This document shows positions 53,110-63,994 of a DNA stretch of 64,000 nt, piece by piece (within the stretch, counting starts at the first letter, position 1; each line of letters begins with the position of its first letter). The notes under the pieces were generated by a model. That model saw only the letters and a program-made list of their open reading frames with translations, searched no databases and had not been told where the DNA came from. Location: contig CAVSHR010000006.1 of NCBI GenBank assembly GCA_963727625.1, forward strand, positions 32,001 through 96,000, read 5' to 3'. The DNA is from an uncultured delta proteobacterium. Its GTDB lineage: Bacteria; Desulfobacterota; Binatia; UBA9968. Position numbers and translations under genes: made by a program.

Positions 53110-55161
53110 ATGAGCTACGCCATCGCCGTCGATATCGGCGGCACTTTCACTGATTTGGTCGCTTTCGATCACGAATCGCAGAAGGTGATCTATGCGAAAA
53201 GTCCGACGACCTACGACAATCTTGTCGGCGGCATTCTCGACTGCTTCAAGAAGGCCAAAATCAAGCCGGCCGAAGCATCGCTGGTCAATCACGGCACGAC
53301 GTTGGTGATCAATTCCCTGATTCAACGCAAAGGCGCGAAGACCGCGCTGGTGACGAGCAAAGGCTTCCGCGACATTCTGGAAATCGCCCGCGGCAATCGG
53401 CCCGACCCCTTCGATCTTCACTACCAGCGCGATGAACCCTTGATTCCGCGCGAGCTGCGCCTCGAAGTGCCGGAACGGATGGACAGCAAAGGCGAGGTGG
53501 TCACGCCGCTCGATACGCTCGCCCTGAACAAACTTGCCGACGAGATCAAACAACTTGACGTCGATTCGGTCGCGATCTTTTTCATGAATTCCTATATCAA
53601 TTCGGCCCACGAAGAGGTCGCCGCCGAAAAGCTCAAGGAGCTTTTACCCGAGACTTACGTCACCTTCAGTACGGATTTGACCCGCGAGTGGTACGAGTAC
53701 GAGCGTTGCTCGACCGTTGCCGCCAACGCTTACGTCGGGCCTCAGGTGAGCACGTACATTCGCCGGCTGGACAACGATCTCAAGAGCCAAGGCTTCGGCG
53801 GCACGCTTTTCATGATGGGTTCCAACGGCGGCTTGCTGTCCGCCGATCGCACTTGCCGCCAGCCCATCGGTCTGGTTGAGTCCGGCCCCATCGGCGGTTG
53901 CATCGGCGCCAGCGCCTACGCAGAAAAGCTGGGATTCAAAAACGTCATTGCCTTCGACATGGGCGGGACGACCGCAAAGTCCGCGCTGGTCGAGAACGGC
54001 CGCTTCTCGGTCAATTCGGTCTATTACGCCAACGGTTATGTCAAAGGCTTTCCGATCAAGTCGGCGGTCATCGATATCGTCGAAGTCGGCTCCGGCGGCG
54101 GTTCCATCGCGTGGATCGATTCGCAAAACCGTTTACACGTCGGCCCGCAAAGCGCCGGCTCGACGCCGGGCCCGGTTTGCTACGGCCGCGGCGGCACGGA
54201 GCCGACGATTACCGATGCGAATCTGCTACTCGGCCGGCTCAACCCGGGGAATTTCTTGGGCGGCGAAATGAAGCTTGAAGTAGGGGCGGCACAACAGGCG
54301 GTCGCACAAAGAATCGCCACGCCGCTCGGCTATTTGGACGAAAGCGGCATGATTCAGATTGCCGATGGGATCATCTCGATCGCTATCGTGCTCATGGCCG
54401 GCGCCATCCGAAAAATTTCCGTCGAGCACGGTCTCGATCCGCGCGATTTTATTCTTTTCAGCTACGGCGGCGGCGGTCCGCTGCATTCCTGCGCACTGGC
54501 CCATGAGCTGTCGATTCCGACCGTCGTCATTCCACCGGAGCCGGGCAACTTTTCGGCCATCGGCATGCTCCTGGCCGACGCGCGCATCGATTCCTCGAAG
54601 ACCTTCGTCGGCATCCTGAGCGACAAATCCGTGCCGGCGATGGCTGAGGCCTTTACTGCAATGGAAAAAGAAGCCGCGACTGCGCTGGCGGCGGAATTCG
54701 GCACCGGCGATGTATTTTTCGAGCATCACGCCGAAATGAGGTATCGCGGACAAAGGCACAACATCAAAGTGCCGGTGTCGGGGTTAAGTGATGTGGAGCC
54801 AATTCGCGCGGCCTTTGAACGAGACTACAAGCGGCGTTACGGCCACGCCGATGCCAAGGCGCCGGCTGAATTTCAAGCGCTGCATCTGTCCGCTTTCGCG
54901 CGGCTCAAACAGCCGGAAGTTGCGCGTTTGCCGCGCGCCGCAATAAAAAATCAACCCGTGCAGACGCGCCGAATCTATTTCGGCAACGCCGGCGGTTGGG
55001 TGGACGCGCCGATCTATCATCGCGATGTGCTGGAGCCGGGTTTTAGCGCCGCAGGTCCGGCAGTGATCGAAGAATATGGTTCGACGACCGTCGTTTGGCC
55101 CGGGGACCGCTTCGAGATCGGCGTATTGCATGAGATTCGAATTCAGTGTTCCAGCACCTGA
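53110..55161 (+). CDS. Hydantoinase A / oxoprolinase family ATP-binding subunit
   Basis: DIGGTFTD, HGTT...N, ESGP.GG, DMGGTT, GGGSIA, GPQSAGS.PGP.CY. Confidence 0.94.
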   Translation: MSYAIAVDIGGTFTDLVAFDHESQKVIYAKSPTTYDNLVGGILDCFKKAKIKPAEASLVNHGTTLVINSLIQRKGAKTALVTSKGFRDILEIARGNRPDPFDLHYQRDEPLIPRELRLEVPERMDSKGEVVTPLDTLALNKLADEIKQLDVDSVAIFFMNSYINSAHEEVAAEKLKELLPETYVTFSTDLTREWYEYERCSTVAANAYVGPQVSTYIRRLDNDLKSQGFGGTLFMMGSNGGLLSADRTCRQPIGLVESGPIGGCIGASAYAEKLGFKNVIAFDMGGTTAKSALVENGRFSVNSVYYANGYVKGFPIKSAVIDIVEVGSGGGSIAWIDSQNRLHVGPQSAGSTPGPVCYGRGGTEPTITDANLLLGRLNPGNFLGGEMKLEVGAAQQAVAQRIATPLGYLDESGMIQIADGIISIAIVLMAGAIRKISVEHGLDPRDFILFSYGGGGPLHSCALAHELSIPTVVIPPEPGNFSAIGMLLADARIDSSKTFVGILSDKSVPAMAEAFTAMEKEAATALAAEFGTGDVFFEHHAEMRYRGQRHNIKVPVSGLSDVEPIRAAFERDYKRRYGHADAKAPAEFQALHLSAFARLKQPEVARLPRAAIKNQPVQTRRIYFGNAGGWVDAPIYHRDVLEPGFSAAGPAVIEEYGSTTVVWPGDRFEIGVLHEIRIQCSST

Positions 55162-55216
55162 GAACGACAGCGTAACCAAGCAGGGGGGCAAGTTGTCTTG
55201 CTTTTCCCGCTTCGTT

Positions 55217-55320
55217 TCTTCCCCCTTGATGGGGGAAGATTAAGATGGGGGTCCAGCTTCGAAGTAACCCCATTCACCCCCTCTCTAGCTCTCCCCCGTC
55301 GAGGGGGAGAGGGCCGGGGT
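55217..55320. repeat. Paired CCCCC/GGGGG hairpin repeat (REP/BIME-like)
   Basis: TCTTCCCCCttgatGGGGGAAGA and CTCTCCCCCgtcgaGGGGGAGAG in opposite orientation. Confidence 0.65.
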
Positions 55321-55358
55321 TGGGAAATCAAGTCAAGAGAATCACAGTTAAACTAGAC

Positions 55359-57064
55359 ATGAATGAACAAGCCCACCTGGACACCGCCCATGACTTTGTC
55401 GATCCGATCACCCTCGAAGTGATCCGCCACGGCATCGTTTCGATCACCGATCAGATCGACGCGAACATTTCGCGCACGGCTTTCAGTCCGTATATTTACG
55501 AATACAAAGACTTCGCGGTCTGGCTTGGTCGGCGCCGACGGCGAGCTGATCGCCCAGTGCACGGGCGGTATGCCGGTGTTCGTCGCCGATTCTGTCGGCA
55601 TGGCGGTGCGCGATGGATTGGCGGTCTACGGTCGCGAGCGCTTGCACCGCGGCGACGTGATCGTGTGCAATCACGCCGCGATCCAAGGCCAGCATTTGAA
55701 CAACACGGTGATGTACACGCCGATTTATGCTGGGCCGAATCAGGGCACGCTAATCGGTTTTTTCGCCATCAACGTTCATTGGATCGACATCGGCGGGATC
55801 ACGCCGCGCTCCAGCGATATCTTCATGGAGGGCTTGCAGCTGCGCTCGATCAAGCTCTGGTCGAAAGGCGAGCCGATCCAGGAAGTCTACCGCATTATCG
55901 AAAACAACACGCGCTTTCCGATCGAATTGCTCGGTGATATCGCCGCGCAACATGCGGGTTGCTTCCTCGGCCGGGACCTCACCCAAGCGCTGGCTGACAA
56001 GTACGGCGTCGAGATTTTTTTCCGCGCTGTGAAAACCATGCTCGATCAGAGCGAGGCTGCGGCACGGGCCAAGATCCGCGCGATTCCCGATGGCGCATTA
56101 CGGTTACGAAACATTCTTCGATAACGACGGCGAGACGGACGACCCGCTGCCGATCCGCGTGAAAGTGATCATCGCCGGCGATGAGATGACCATCGATTAT
56201 TCCGCAATTGCGGCGCAAGTGCGCGGTTGCATCAACTCCGGCTACTATGGCGGCGGCCGCACCACAGCACGGGTGGCGTTTAAATATTTGGTTGCCAACG
56301 ACGAGCCGGCCAACGAAGGGACGTTTCGGCCGCTAAATTTAATTCTGCCCGAGGGCAAAATTTTGAGCGCCCATCCGACCGCGCCCATGGGCAACTATTC
56401 GCAGCCATTCCCGACGGTGATCGACGCCATAATCAAAGCTTTGGAAAATGCCTTGCCCGAGCGCGTGACAGGCGCACACTTCGGGACGTTTTCCGGCGTG
56501 CGCTTTCGCGGCAAACGCGATAACGGCACGCCATTCGATTGCCACGACAGCGGTCACGGCGGCTGGGGAGCCTGCGCGACCCACGACGGCGCCGGGCCGT
56601 TTCGCACCATGGCGCACGGCGACACGCGCATCATTCCCGTCGAGCTGCAGGAATCGATGTATCCCTATCGGCTCGTCGAGTTCAGCCTGCGTGAAGATTC
56701 CGCAGGCGCGGGGAAGTATCGCGGTGGTTTGGGATTTCGCAAGCGTTACCAGATTCTCGGAGTGTGCGATCTTCAGGCGATGTTCGACCGGGTGAAGTAT
56801 CCGCCCTGGGGCGTGCAAGGCGGCAGGGAAGGCAAATCGGGTCGGATTACTGTCGTCAAAAAATCCGGCGCGACGGAAATTATCTACAAAAGCAAAGCGT
56901 ACCCGCTCGAGCCCGGCGATTCGATCACGGTCGAAACCGGCGGCGGGGGGGGGCTATGGCCCGCCGTCGGAACGACAGCGAAAATTGATCGAGCGCGATT
57001 TGCGGCGCGGATACGTTTCCGCCGAGGCTGCGGCGCGGGATTACGGTTTCAAGGAGCGATTTAG
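55359..57064 (+). CDS. Second hydantoinase B / oxoprolinase subunit, frameshifted (~55521, ~56097, ~56950)
   Basis: Collinear with 51262-53010 across four frame segments; each break is a +1 insertion. True stop uncertain. Confidence 0.85.
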
Positions 57065-57271
57065 CGCGGGTTTCTCGGTGCCGGTGCGGCGAGGCAGGCT
57101 TGAGCACGAGACGCCCCTTTTTGTTGCTCAAGGGCGCAGTTGGAATGCGGTTTTACGCCAAACTTGTCGAGCTGATGGTCTGTTATTCTTGGCTAGATTT
57201 GCCCCAACGCTCGCTTGGGAAATCGGTTTGACCGGATTGCCGGGCAACGAGCCGTGCTCAAGCGGCGCCGG

Positions 57272-59554
57272 TCAAGAGGCTTGCGCCGTCGGCAACGGCA
57301 TCCCGAGTTCCATAATCCGCTCCGCGTCGTTGGCATCGATCGCGGGAGAGAATAGAAACCCCTGAGCGAATTCGCAGCCAAGCTCTTTGAGCAGCCTTAA
57401 CTGATCGGGGAGTTCGACGCCTTCGGCGACCACTTGCATGCCGAGAATTTGCGCCAGGGCCACGATCGTACGGACAATTTCATAGGGACGTTTTTTGCCG
57501 CTGTCGTTCAACAAACTGGCGCGCAAACGCCGCACGAAGGAGCGATCGATCTTTAGAACGTCGATGGGAAATCGATGAAGGTAATTGAGCGAAGAAAAAC
57601 CCTTGCCGAAATCATCGAGGCAAAGCTTGACGCGGCGTTTCTTTAGTTGCGCCAGGATGTGAGCTGCCGAACGGGTATTCTCGACGATCGCGCTTTCGGT
57701 TATTTCGAGCCGGAGATACCGAGGGTCCAAGCCGGTTTCGTTGAGCACTTCGTCGATTTCTTCGATCAGATGGCCGTGCGAGAATATTTTGCTGGAGACA
57801 TTGACGCTGATAAAAACATCGTCATTGGCTTCATAGCGATCGCGCCAATCGCGCATCTGCCGGCAGGCCTCGCGAAAAACCCAACTGCTGAGCGGACCGA
57901 CCAGCCCGGTTTCTTCCGCCAGCGGGATGAACTGTGCCGGGGAAATCGCGCCTCGCCCATTGTGCTGCCAGCGCGCCAGGGCTTCGAAGCCGGCAAGTTT
58001 GCCGGTGTTTAGCGAGATGATGGGCTGGTAGTGCAGGTGAAGTTGTTTGCGCTCGATAGCCCGTTTCATATCGATTTCCAATCTCATTCGATCCAACGCG
58101 CGGGCGTGCATCCCGGCATCGAAGATTTGATAGCCGGAGCGCCGCGTCTTGGCCTGATACATCGCCATATCCGCGTCCCGCAGCAAATTTTCCGGCTGTT
58201 CTTCGCCGAACATGCTCAGGGCGATGCCGATGCTCGCGCCCACCGAGACTTCGTTGTCGTCCAAGATCAAGGGATCGGCAATTCGTTCGATGACCCGTTC
58301 CGCGACACGAACGGCGTCCTCCGGGCCGCGGATCTGCTCGACCAGGATCGCGAATTCGTCGTCGCCTAGACGCGCTACGGTATCCTCGTCCCGCGTGCAC
58401 TCGACAATTCTTTGGGCCATCTCGATCAGCAACTTGTCCCCGGTCATATGGCCAAGGCTATCGTTGATGACCTTGAACCGGTCTAAATCCAAGAACAGCA
58501 GGGCGAAGGGATGGTGTCCATGGCGCTTTGCCATCGCATTGAGGCGCAGCAGATTGTCGAGGAAGAGCGTGCGATTAGGCAGGCCGGTCAAGGCGTCGTG
58601 AAACGCCGTCCGTTTCAATTCCGATTCGACTCGTTTGCGTTCGGTGGCGTCGACGACGGAGATCAAGATGCCCTTTCCGTGCGGCGTGTGAATCGGATTC
58701 AAGCTGACCTCGATGGGAAATTCGACGCCGTCGCGGCGCAGGCCGAAAATTTCCGTCGACGATCCACCCATGCTCAAGTCGGGATTGGCAAAGAACATCG
58801 CGCGAAGCCCGGCATGCTGAGCATGAAAGCGCTCGGGCAGCAGCATGTCGATCGAACGGCCGATGAGCTCGCCCCGATGGTAGTGAAAAAGTTGCTCGAT
58901 CTTGGCGTTTACCCGGCTGATGTTGCCGATGGGATCGACGATCAGGATTCCGTTGGGCGCGGATTCCGCCGCAACTTGAAACTGCTCCTGAGCCCAGGCG
59001 CGCTCGCTGATTTCGGATTGGAGTGCGTCGCTCAAGCGGGCGATTTCGGTGGTGCCATCGCGCACCCGAAGCTCCAATTCCCGGTGGGTTCGTTTGAGGG
59101 CTTCGCGGGTCTTTGGGGCCAAGGACAGATCCTCAAGGAAGCAAGTGTAGACCAGTTGGCCTTCAGCGCGCGGTTCGCTGCAAGTGATTTGCACGGGCAA
59201 GATTTGGCCGTCGGAGCAGCGCGCCATGGCGGTTCGCGCTTGTGGTGACATGACCCGCAACGGCCGTCCGTCCGGCGCGGTGATAAAGTCGTCGAGCAAC
59301 TTGCCGACGATGCTCTCCCCTTTGAAGCCGAGCAACTCTTCAACGGCCGGATTGATCGATTCGATCCGGGTCGCCTGGTCCACGGTTAAAATACCGATCG
59401 GCGCGCCAGCCAATAGTGAACGATAACGATTTTGGCTTTCCACGAGCAGGGCCTCCCGCTGATCGGCGGCGTCATCGCTCTTTTTCGAAGCAAGACGGCG
59501 CTGCCCGGCGGGCCTGCCGACACCTGGTTTGATTGTGCGTTTAAATTTCTTCAT
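57272..59554 (-). CDS. PAS-PAS-GGDEF-EAL signalling protein
   Basis: Two PAS/PAC regions, HDALTGLPNR, DLDRFK, RLGDDEF, FEALARW, DDFGKGFSS, AEGVE. Confidence 0.93.
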   Translation of the reverse strand: MKKFKRTIKPGVGRPAGQRRLASKKSDDAADQREALLVESQNRYRSLLAGAPIGILTVDQATRIESINPAVEELLGFKGESIVGKLLDDFITAPDGRPLRVMSPQARTAMARCSDGQILPVQITCSEPRAEGQLVYTCFLEDLSLAPKTREALKRTHRELELRVRDGTTEIARLSDALQSEISERAWAQEQFQVAAESAPNGILIVDPIGNISRVNAKIEQLFHYHRGELIGRSIDMLLPERFHAQHAGLRAMFFANPDLSMGGSSTEIFGLRRDGVEFPIEVSLNPIHTPHGKGILISVVDATERKRVESELKRTAFHDALTGLPNRTLFLDNLLRLNAMAKRHGHHPFALLFLDLDRFKVINDSLGHMTGDKLLIEMAQRIVECTRDEDTVARLGDDEFAILVEQIRGPEDAVRVAERVIERIADPLILDDNEVSVGASIGIALSMFGEEQPENLLRDADMAMYQAKTRRSGYQIFDAGMHARALDRMRLEIDMKRAIERKQLHLHYQPIISLNTGKLAGFEALARWQHNGRGAISPAQFIPLAEETGLVGPLSSWVFREACRQMRDWRDRYEANDDVFISVNVSSKIFSHGHLIEEIDEVLNETGLDPRYLRLEITESAIVENTRSAAHILAQLKKRRVKLCLDDFGKGFSSLNYLHRFPIDVLKIDRSFVRRLRASLLNDSGKKRPYEIVRTIVALAQILGMQVVAEGVELPDQLRLLKELGCEFAQGFLFSPAIDANDAERIMELGMPLPTAQAS

Positions 59555-59804
59555 CTGAGTTTTAGCTCCGGCATGTTTGGACCCGTTGACCCGGTACGCG
59601 CAGCAACAAGTCCACTTTATCCATTGTTAAAGCGATGATGGCTGCAGAGCTCGTAACGGCCAAATTTGTTGAAGAATGGAACCCATGTGTGAAGCGGGCG
59701 TACCTATCTCATCGGAAATTTTGCAAATCCAGGTCCCGTGCACGGAATTTTTGTCACATTTGCTCAAAAATTTTTGTGCCGGTCAGAAAGTCGTCAATAT
59801 TCGA

Positions 59805-59820
59805 AGCAACAGAAGTGCCA
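59805..59820 (-). promoter_or_regulatory. Sigma-54 promoter upstream of the PAS-GGDEF-EAL gene
   Basis: Minus strand reads TGGCACttctgTTGCT, about 250 bp upstream of the ATG. Confidence 0.6.
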
Positions 59821-60050
59821 GCCATGCATGAAATCAAAAACTTTCTGCTCAATTGCGGCGCCGCTTCCGGAATGGGAAAATTCGTCAGAGAATGTTGCCG
59901 GAATGGCGAAATTGCATGTCGACGTACTTAAATATCTAAGAAATCACGGCTCTCGCCGGATCAAGGTCGCCGTCGGCTAGGCAAGGTTAAAGGCAGGACA
60001 ATATTTTCTAGCGTTAGTTTCGGCGGGATGTAGCAGGGGTCCCCGGTTAA

Positions 60051-60086
60051 AAACACGGCTGTGGGTTAAACCCACAAACCGTGTTT
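60051..60086 (-). terminator. Terminator of the cox-like operon
   Basis: AAACACGG.TGTGGG-ttaaa-CCCACA..CCGTGTTT hairpin with a T-tract on the minus strand. Confidence 0.7.
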
Positions 60087-60131
60087 CGCCGAGCGATTTA
60101 GGTATCCTCTTAGAAGTCTATAGGCAGCAGA

Positions 60132-62447
60132 TTAATTCTTTCGTTCCGTTCTTTGAATCACTTCCCAGAGCTTGGGCGCGGTGTAGGGCATATCGATATG
60201 ATCGATGCCTAGAGGCGCCAGCGCGTCGATGAGTGCGTTGGCCACCGACGGAGGAGCTCCGTTGGTGCCGCATTCGCCCACGCCCTTCACGCCGAGCGGA
60301 TTAAACGGATTGGGCGTGATGGTCTCGCCAAGAATCATCGGCGGCATGTCGGCGGCGCGCATCACCGCGTAGTTCATAAACGTGCCGGTTTGCACCTGGC
60401 CGTCGTCGCTGTAAATCATCTGTTCGCGCTGCGCTTCGCCGAGCCCTTGGGCCACGCCGCCGTGGATCTGCCCTTCGACGATCATCGGATTGATCACCAC
60501 GCCGCAGTCGTCTACGAGCACTAACTTTTCGATGGTGAGTTTGCCGGTGTCGCGGTCGATACTGACCATCGCGATATGAGTGCCGAAGCCCCAGGCTTCG
60601 CGCTTAGGGTCGAAAAAAGCGGTTTCCTGAAGACCGATCTCCATGCCCTTGGGGACGCGACCGCCGTACGCGGCGGTGGCGATTTGTCGCCAGCTGATGG
60701 TCTTGTCAGGCACGCCTTTGACGGCGAACCCGCCATCGGATTGAATTATATCTTCCGGCGCCGCCTCGACCAGGTGCGCTGCGATCCGCTTGCCTTTCGA
60801 GATCACTTTTTCGGCCGCAATGGCGAGCGCGCCGCCGCCGACCACAGCACTACGGCTGCCGAAGGTGCCGGTGCCCTGTTGGCTCACGTGAGTGTCGCCG
60901 TGCAAAACCGTCACGTGGTCCATCGATGTCTTCATCAACTCGGCGGCGATTTGCGCCCAGGAGGTTTCATGTCCTTGGCCGTGTGAGCTCGAACCGGTGA
61001 GCACGGTAATCTCGCCGGTGCGCTCGACGCGCACGGTGCCGCTTTCGAAGCCGGCGCCGCCGCTCGGCTCGACGAAAGTCGAAAAACCAACGCCGACCAG
61101 ATCGCCGCTCTTGCGCCGTGCGTCGCGCTGGCTTAGAAGGTCTTCGTAATTGGCCAACTTGAGCGCTTCGCGCAGCGGCTTTTCAAAATCGCCGGAGTCG
61201 TACTCGACGCCGGTGCCGGTGATATACGGAAACTGCCCCGGCTGGATAAAATTCTTGCGGCGGATCTCCAGGCGGTCCATGCCCAGCACCGCGGCGGCTT
61301 TGTCGAGCAGCCGCTCGATATTCAATACCGATTCGGGCCGGCCGGCGCCGCGATAGGGGCCGGTCGGGCAGGTATTGGTAAATACCGCGACGATCTCGAC
61401 GCGGCAGTCTTGGATCTGGTAGCTGCCACAGGCCATGCCGAGCATGCGCTGCGGCGGTCCGGCCGTGCTCGAGTGCAGATAAGCGCCGAGGTTGGCGATC
61501 ACCTTTACTTTCAAGCCGAGGATCTTGCCGTCCTTTCTGAGCGCCATCTCGGACGTCATTGCCTGATCGCGGCCTTGAATCGTCGTGATGAAATCTTCGC
61601 TGCGGGTGGCGATCCATTTGATCGGCTTGCGCAACTTTAGCGCGAGGTGGCAGGCGAGAATGTCTTCCCGATACACCGGCCCCTTGCTGCCGAAGCCGCC
61701 GCCGACGTCGGGCGCGATCAGATGAATTCTGTGTTCCGGAAAACCCATGACGTTGGCGATCTCGGCCCGCGCACGGTGCGGCCCCTGCGTCGAGAGCCAA
61801 ACAGTCAAGTTCTTGCCAAACGGGTCCGGGTTCGCGACGATGCCTCGGGGCTCCATCGCCAGGGCTACTTGCCGCGGGCTGGCGATATGCATGGTGAATA
61901 CATGATCGGCTTCGGCGAATGCTTTATCGACGTTGCCGCCGTTTTTCGTCAGCGTATAGCAAATGTTGCTGTCGATCTCTTCGCGCGCGAGCGGTGCGCC
62001 GGATTTTGCCGCTGCTTCGGCGTTAGCGATCGATGGCAACGCTTCGTACTCGACCTCGATGGCATTGGCGGCATCTTGCGCCTGTGCGCGGGTTTGCGCG
62101 ACCACTGCGGCGACAGGAACCCCAACGCAATGCACGGCGCCGCGGGCCAGCACCGGATGGGGTGGGATTTTCATGTTCGGCAGCATTTGCGACGGTGTGA
62201 GATTGAGTTTGTCACCGATGTCGTTGCCGGTGATGACGGCTTCGACGCCGGGCATGGCCTTGGCTTTGCTCACATCGATGGAAAGAATCTTCGCATGTGG
62301 ATACGGGCTGCGCTGCAGCGCTAAATGAAGCATGCCCGGCAAATGGATATCGTCCACATAGCAACCCTTGCCGGTGATCAACGGCGGATCTTCGACGCGT
62401 TTCGGCGATGCGCCGATGAGGCCGTTTGCTGTGTGTTCAGTCGTCAT
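60132..62447 (-). CDS. Xanthine dehydrogenase family molybdopterin subunit (form II CoxL-like)
   Basis: RVED...ITGKG.YVDD, DVGGGFG.K, PYRGAGRPE, GQGHET, GTFGSRS, GQIHGG, KGVGE. Confidence 0.93.
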   Translation of the reverse strand: MTTEHTANGLIGASPKRVEDPPLITGKGCYVDDIHLPGMLHLALQRSPYPHAKILSIDVSKAKAMPGVEAVITGNDIGDKLNLTPSQMLPNMKIPPHPVLARGAVHCVGVPVAAVVAQTRAQAQDAANAIEVEYEALPSIANAEAAAKSGAPLAREEIDSNICYTLTKNGGNVDKAFAEADHVFTMHIASPRQVALAMEPRGIVANPDPFGKNLTVWLSTQGPHRARAEIANVMGFPEHRIHLIAPDVGGGFGSKGPVYREDILACHLALKLRKPIKWIATRSEDFITTIQGRDQAMTSEMALRKDGKILGLKVKVIANLGAYLHSSTAGPPQRMLGMACGSYQIQDCRVEIVAVFTNTCPTGPYRGAGRPESVLNIERLLDKAAAVLGMDRLEIRRKNFIQPGQFPYITGTGVEYDSGDFEKPLREALKLANYEDLLSQRDARRKSGDLVGVGFSTFVEPSGGAGFESGTVRVERTGEITVLTGSSSHGQGHETSWAQIAAELMKTSMDHVTVLHGDTHVSQQGTGTFGSRSAVVGGGALAIAAEKVISKGKRIAAHLVEAAPEDIIQSDGGFAVKGVPDKTISWRQIATAAYGGRVPKGMEIGLQETAFFDPKREAWGFGTHIAMVSIDRDTGKLTIEKLVLVDDCGVVINPMIVEGQIHGGVAQGLGEAQREQMIYSDDGQVQTGTFMNYAVMRAADMPPMILGETITPNPFNPLGVKGVGECGTNGAPPSVANALIDALAPLGIDHIDMPYTAPKLWEVIQRTERKN

Positions 62448-62464
62448 GAGGTACCTCTTGATAG

Positions 62465-62531
62465 CGTGGTCGTGGTGGTGATTCGTATTCTCCTCTGGTG
62501 ACTCCAGTCACGAGCACGAATCACGAACACG
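62465..62531. repeat. Intergenic CGTG/CACGA palindromic repeat
   Basis: cgtggtcgtggtggtgattcgt ... cacgagcacgaatcacgaacacg; related to 8820 and 44659. Confidence 0.55.
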
Positions 62532-62535
62532 GTTT

Positions 62536-63405
62536 TCAGCCTTTTGCTCTCTCCAATGCCGCTTCAATTGCCTTGCGTGCAAAAACCGTCGCCACATGCT
62601 TTTTGTATTCTGTGCTGGCGTAAGAATCTTCCACCGGGTCGGTTTCTTCGGCGGCTTTTGCCGCTGCCGCGGCGATAATTTGGCTAGTCAACGGCTTACC
62701 GTGAAGCTCAATTTCTGTCGCAATGGCGCGCAAAGGGCCGCTGCCCAGTCCGCCGATGGCCACCCGGGCTGCAGCGCAAGTGCCGGACGCTTGCCGGGTA
62801 ATCAAAGCGCCGGCGCTGACGACGACGTAGCCGGACGCCGGATGGGGCAGTTTGGCGTATGCTGTGCCGGTTCCTGAAGACGGAATCGGCACGCGGATCT
62901 CCCTGAGAATCTCATTGGCATTCAATGCCGTGGTGTAAAAATCGGTAAAGAAATCGTCCACGGCGATGGCGCGCGCGCCGGTGGCGGATTGCGCGATGAA
63001 CGTCGCGTTGAGCGCGGTCAAGATGACCGGCATGTCGGCCGCCGGGTCGGCGTGGGCGACGCTGCCGCCGATGGTGCCGCGATTGCGCACCTGCACGTCG
63101 CCGATGACTGACGCAGCGTCGGCCAATCCCGGCACATGTTTGCGCACGAGTTCCGAGCCGGCGACGTCGGTGTGGACGGTAAGCGCGCCGATGACCAGTT
63201 GATTGCCGTCGATTTTAACACCGCGAAGCCCGGGCACGGTTCCCAGATCGATCAAAGTGCTCGGCGACTGAAGCCGGAGCTTCATTGCGGGGATGAGGCT
63301 GTGACCGCCGGCGAGAAGTTTGCCCTCTTCGCCGTGCTTGGCCATTAGATCCAACGCTTCCTCCACCGAGCGCGCCGCAACGTATCCGAAACTAGCGGGG
63401 AACAT
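62536..63405 (-). CDS. CoxM-like FAD-binding subunit
   Basis: MFPASFGY, LAGGHSLIP.MKLR, QVRNRGTIGGS.AHADPAAD. GGAGG RBS. Confidence 0.93.
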   Translation of the reverse strand: MFPASFGYVAARSVEEALDLMAKHGEEGKLLAGGHSLIPAMKLRLQSPSTLIDLGTVPGLRGVKIDGNQLVIGALTVHTDVAGSELVRKHVPGLADAASVIGDVQVRNRGTIGGSVAHADPAADMPVILTALNATFIAQSATGARAIAVDDFFTDFYTTALNANEILREIRVPIPSSGTGTAYAKLPHPASGYVVVSAGALITRQASGTCAAARVAIGGLGSGPLRAIATEIELHGKPLTSQIIAAAAAKAAEETDPVEDSYASTEYKKHVATVFARKAIEAALERAKG

Positions 63406-63493
63406 TTCGGCCTCCAATCTGAAATAGGGGTGAGGCTTGAGACGTGAGGATCGAGTCGTACATACCATCAATCGCAAAGCTTAGAGCCATCGT

Positions 63494-63994
63494 TCATCCT
63501 TTCCGCATTTTTTCGGCTGCCCATTTCACGGATTCGACGATATTGATGTAGCCGGTGCAGCGGCAGAGGTTTCCCTCGAGGGCGTGTTTGATCTCGTCGT
63601 CCGTAGGATCTGGATTGGTTTCGAGCAAATGGACCGCAGTCATGATCATTCCCGGCGTACAATAGCCGCATTGCAGGCCGTGTTTCTCCTGAAATCCCAT
63701 CTGCACGGGATGAAACGAGTCTCCGTCGGCGAGCCCTTCGATGGTTTTGACTTGTGCGCCGTTGGCTTGCACGGCGAGGACGGTGCAGGATTTAACCGCG
63801 CGGCCGTCGAGATGGACCGTACAGGCGCCGCATTGACTGGTGTCGCAGCCGACATGGGTGCCAGTCAATCCTAATTGCTCACGTAAAAAATAGACCAACA
63901 GAGTGCGCGGCTCGACCACGGCATCGCGCTTGACGCCGTTGACGGTCACGCTGATCGGCACTGCGGCGTACTCGGCCTCAGCAGTTATACTCAA
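63494..63994 (-). CDS. CoxS-like (2Fe-2S) subunit
   Basis: [32 protein letters not shown]. Start lies near the window edge. Confidence 0.93.
   Translation of the reverse strand: MSITAEAEYAAVPISVTVNGVKRDAVVEPRTLLVYFLREQLGLTGTHVGCDTSQCGACTVHLDGRAVKSCTVLAVQANGAQVKTIEGLADGDSFHPVQMGFQEKHGLQCGYCTPGMIMTAVHLLETNPDPTDDEIKHALEGNLCRCTGYINIVESVKWAAEKMRKG

Noticed and set aside
56985-57365. Separate 126-aa gene
   Set aside because: Its start is the frameshifted tail of hydantoinase B2, and the remainder overlaps the convergent EAL gene.
60132-62447. Aerobic CO dehydrogenase (form I coxL)
   Set aside because: Lacks the AYxCSFR copper-binding loop.
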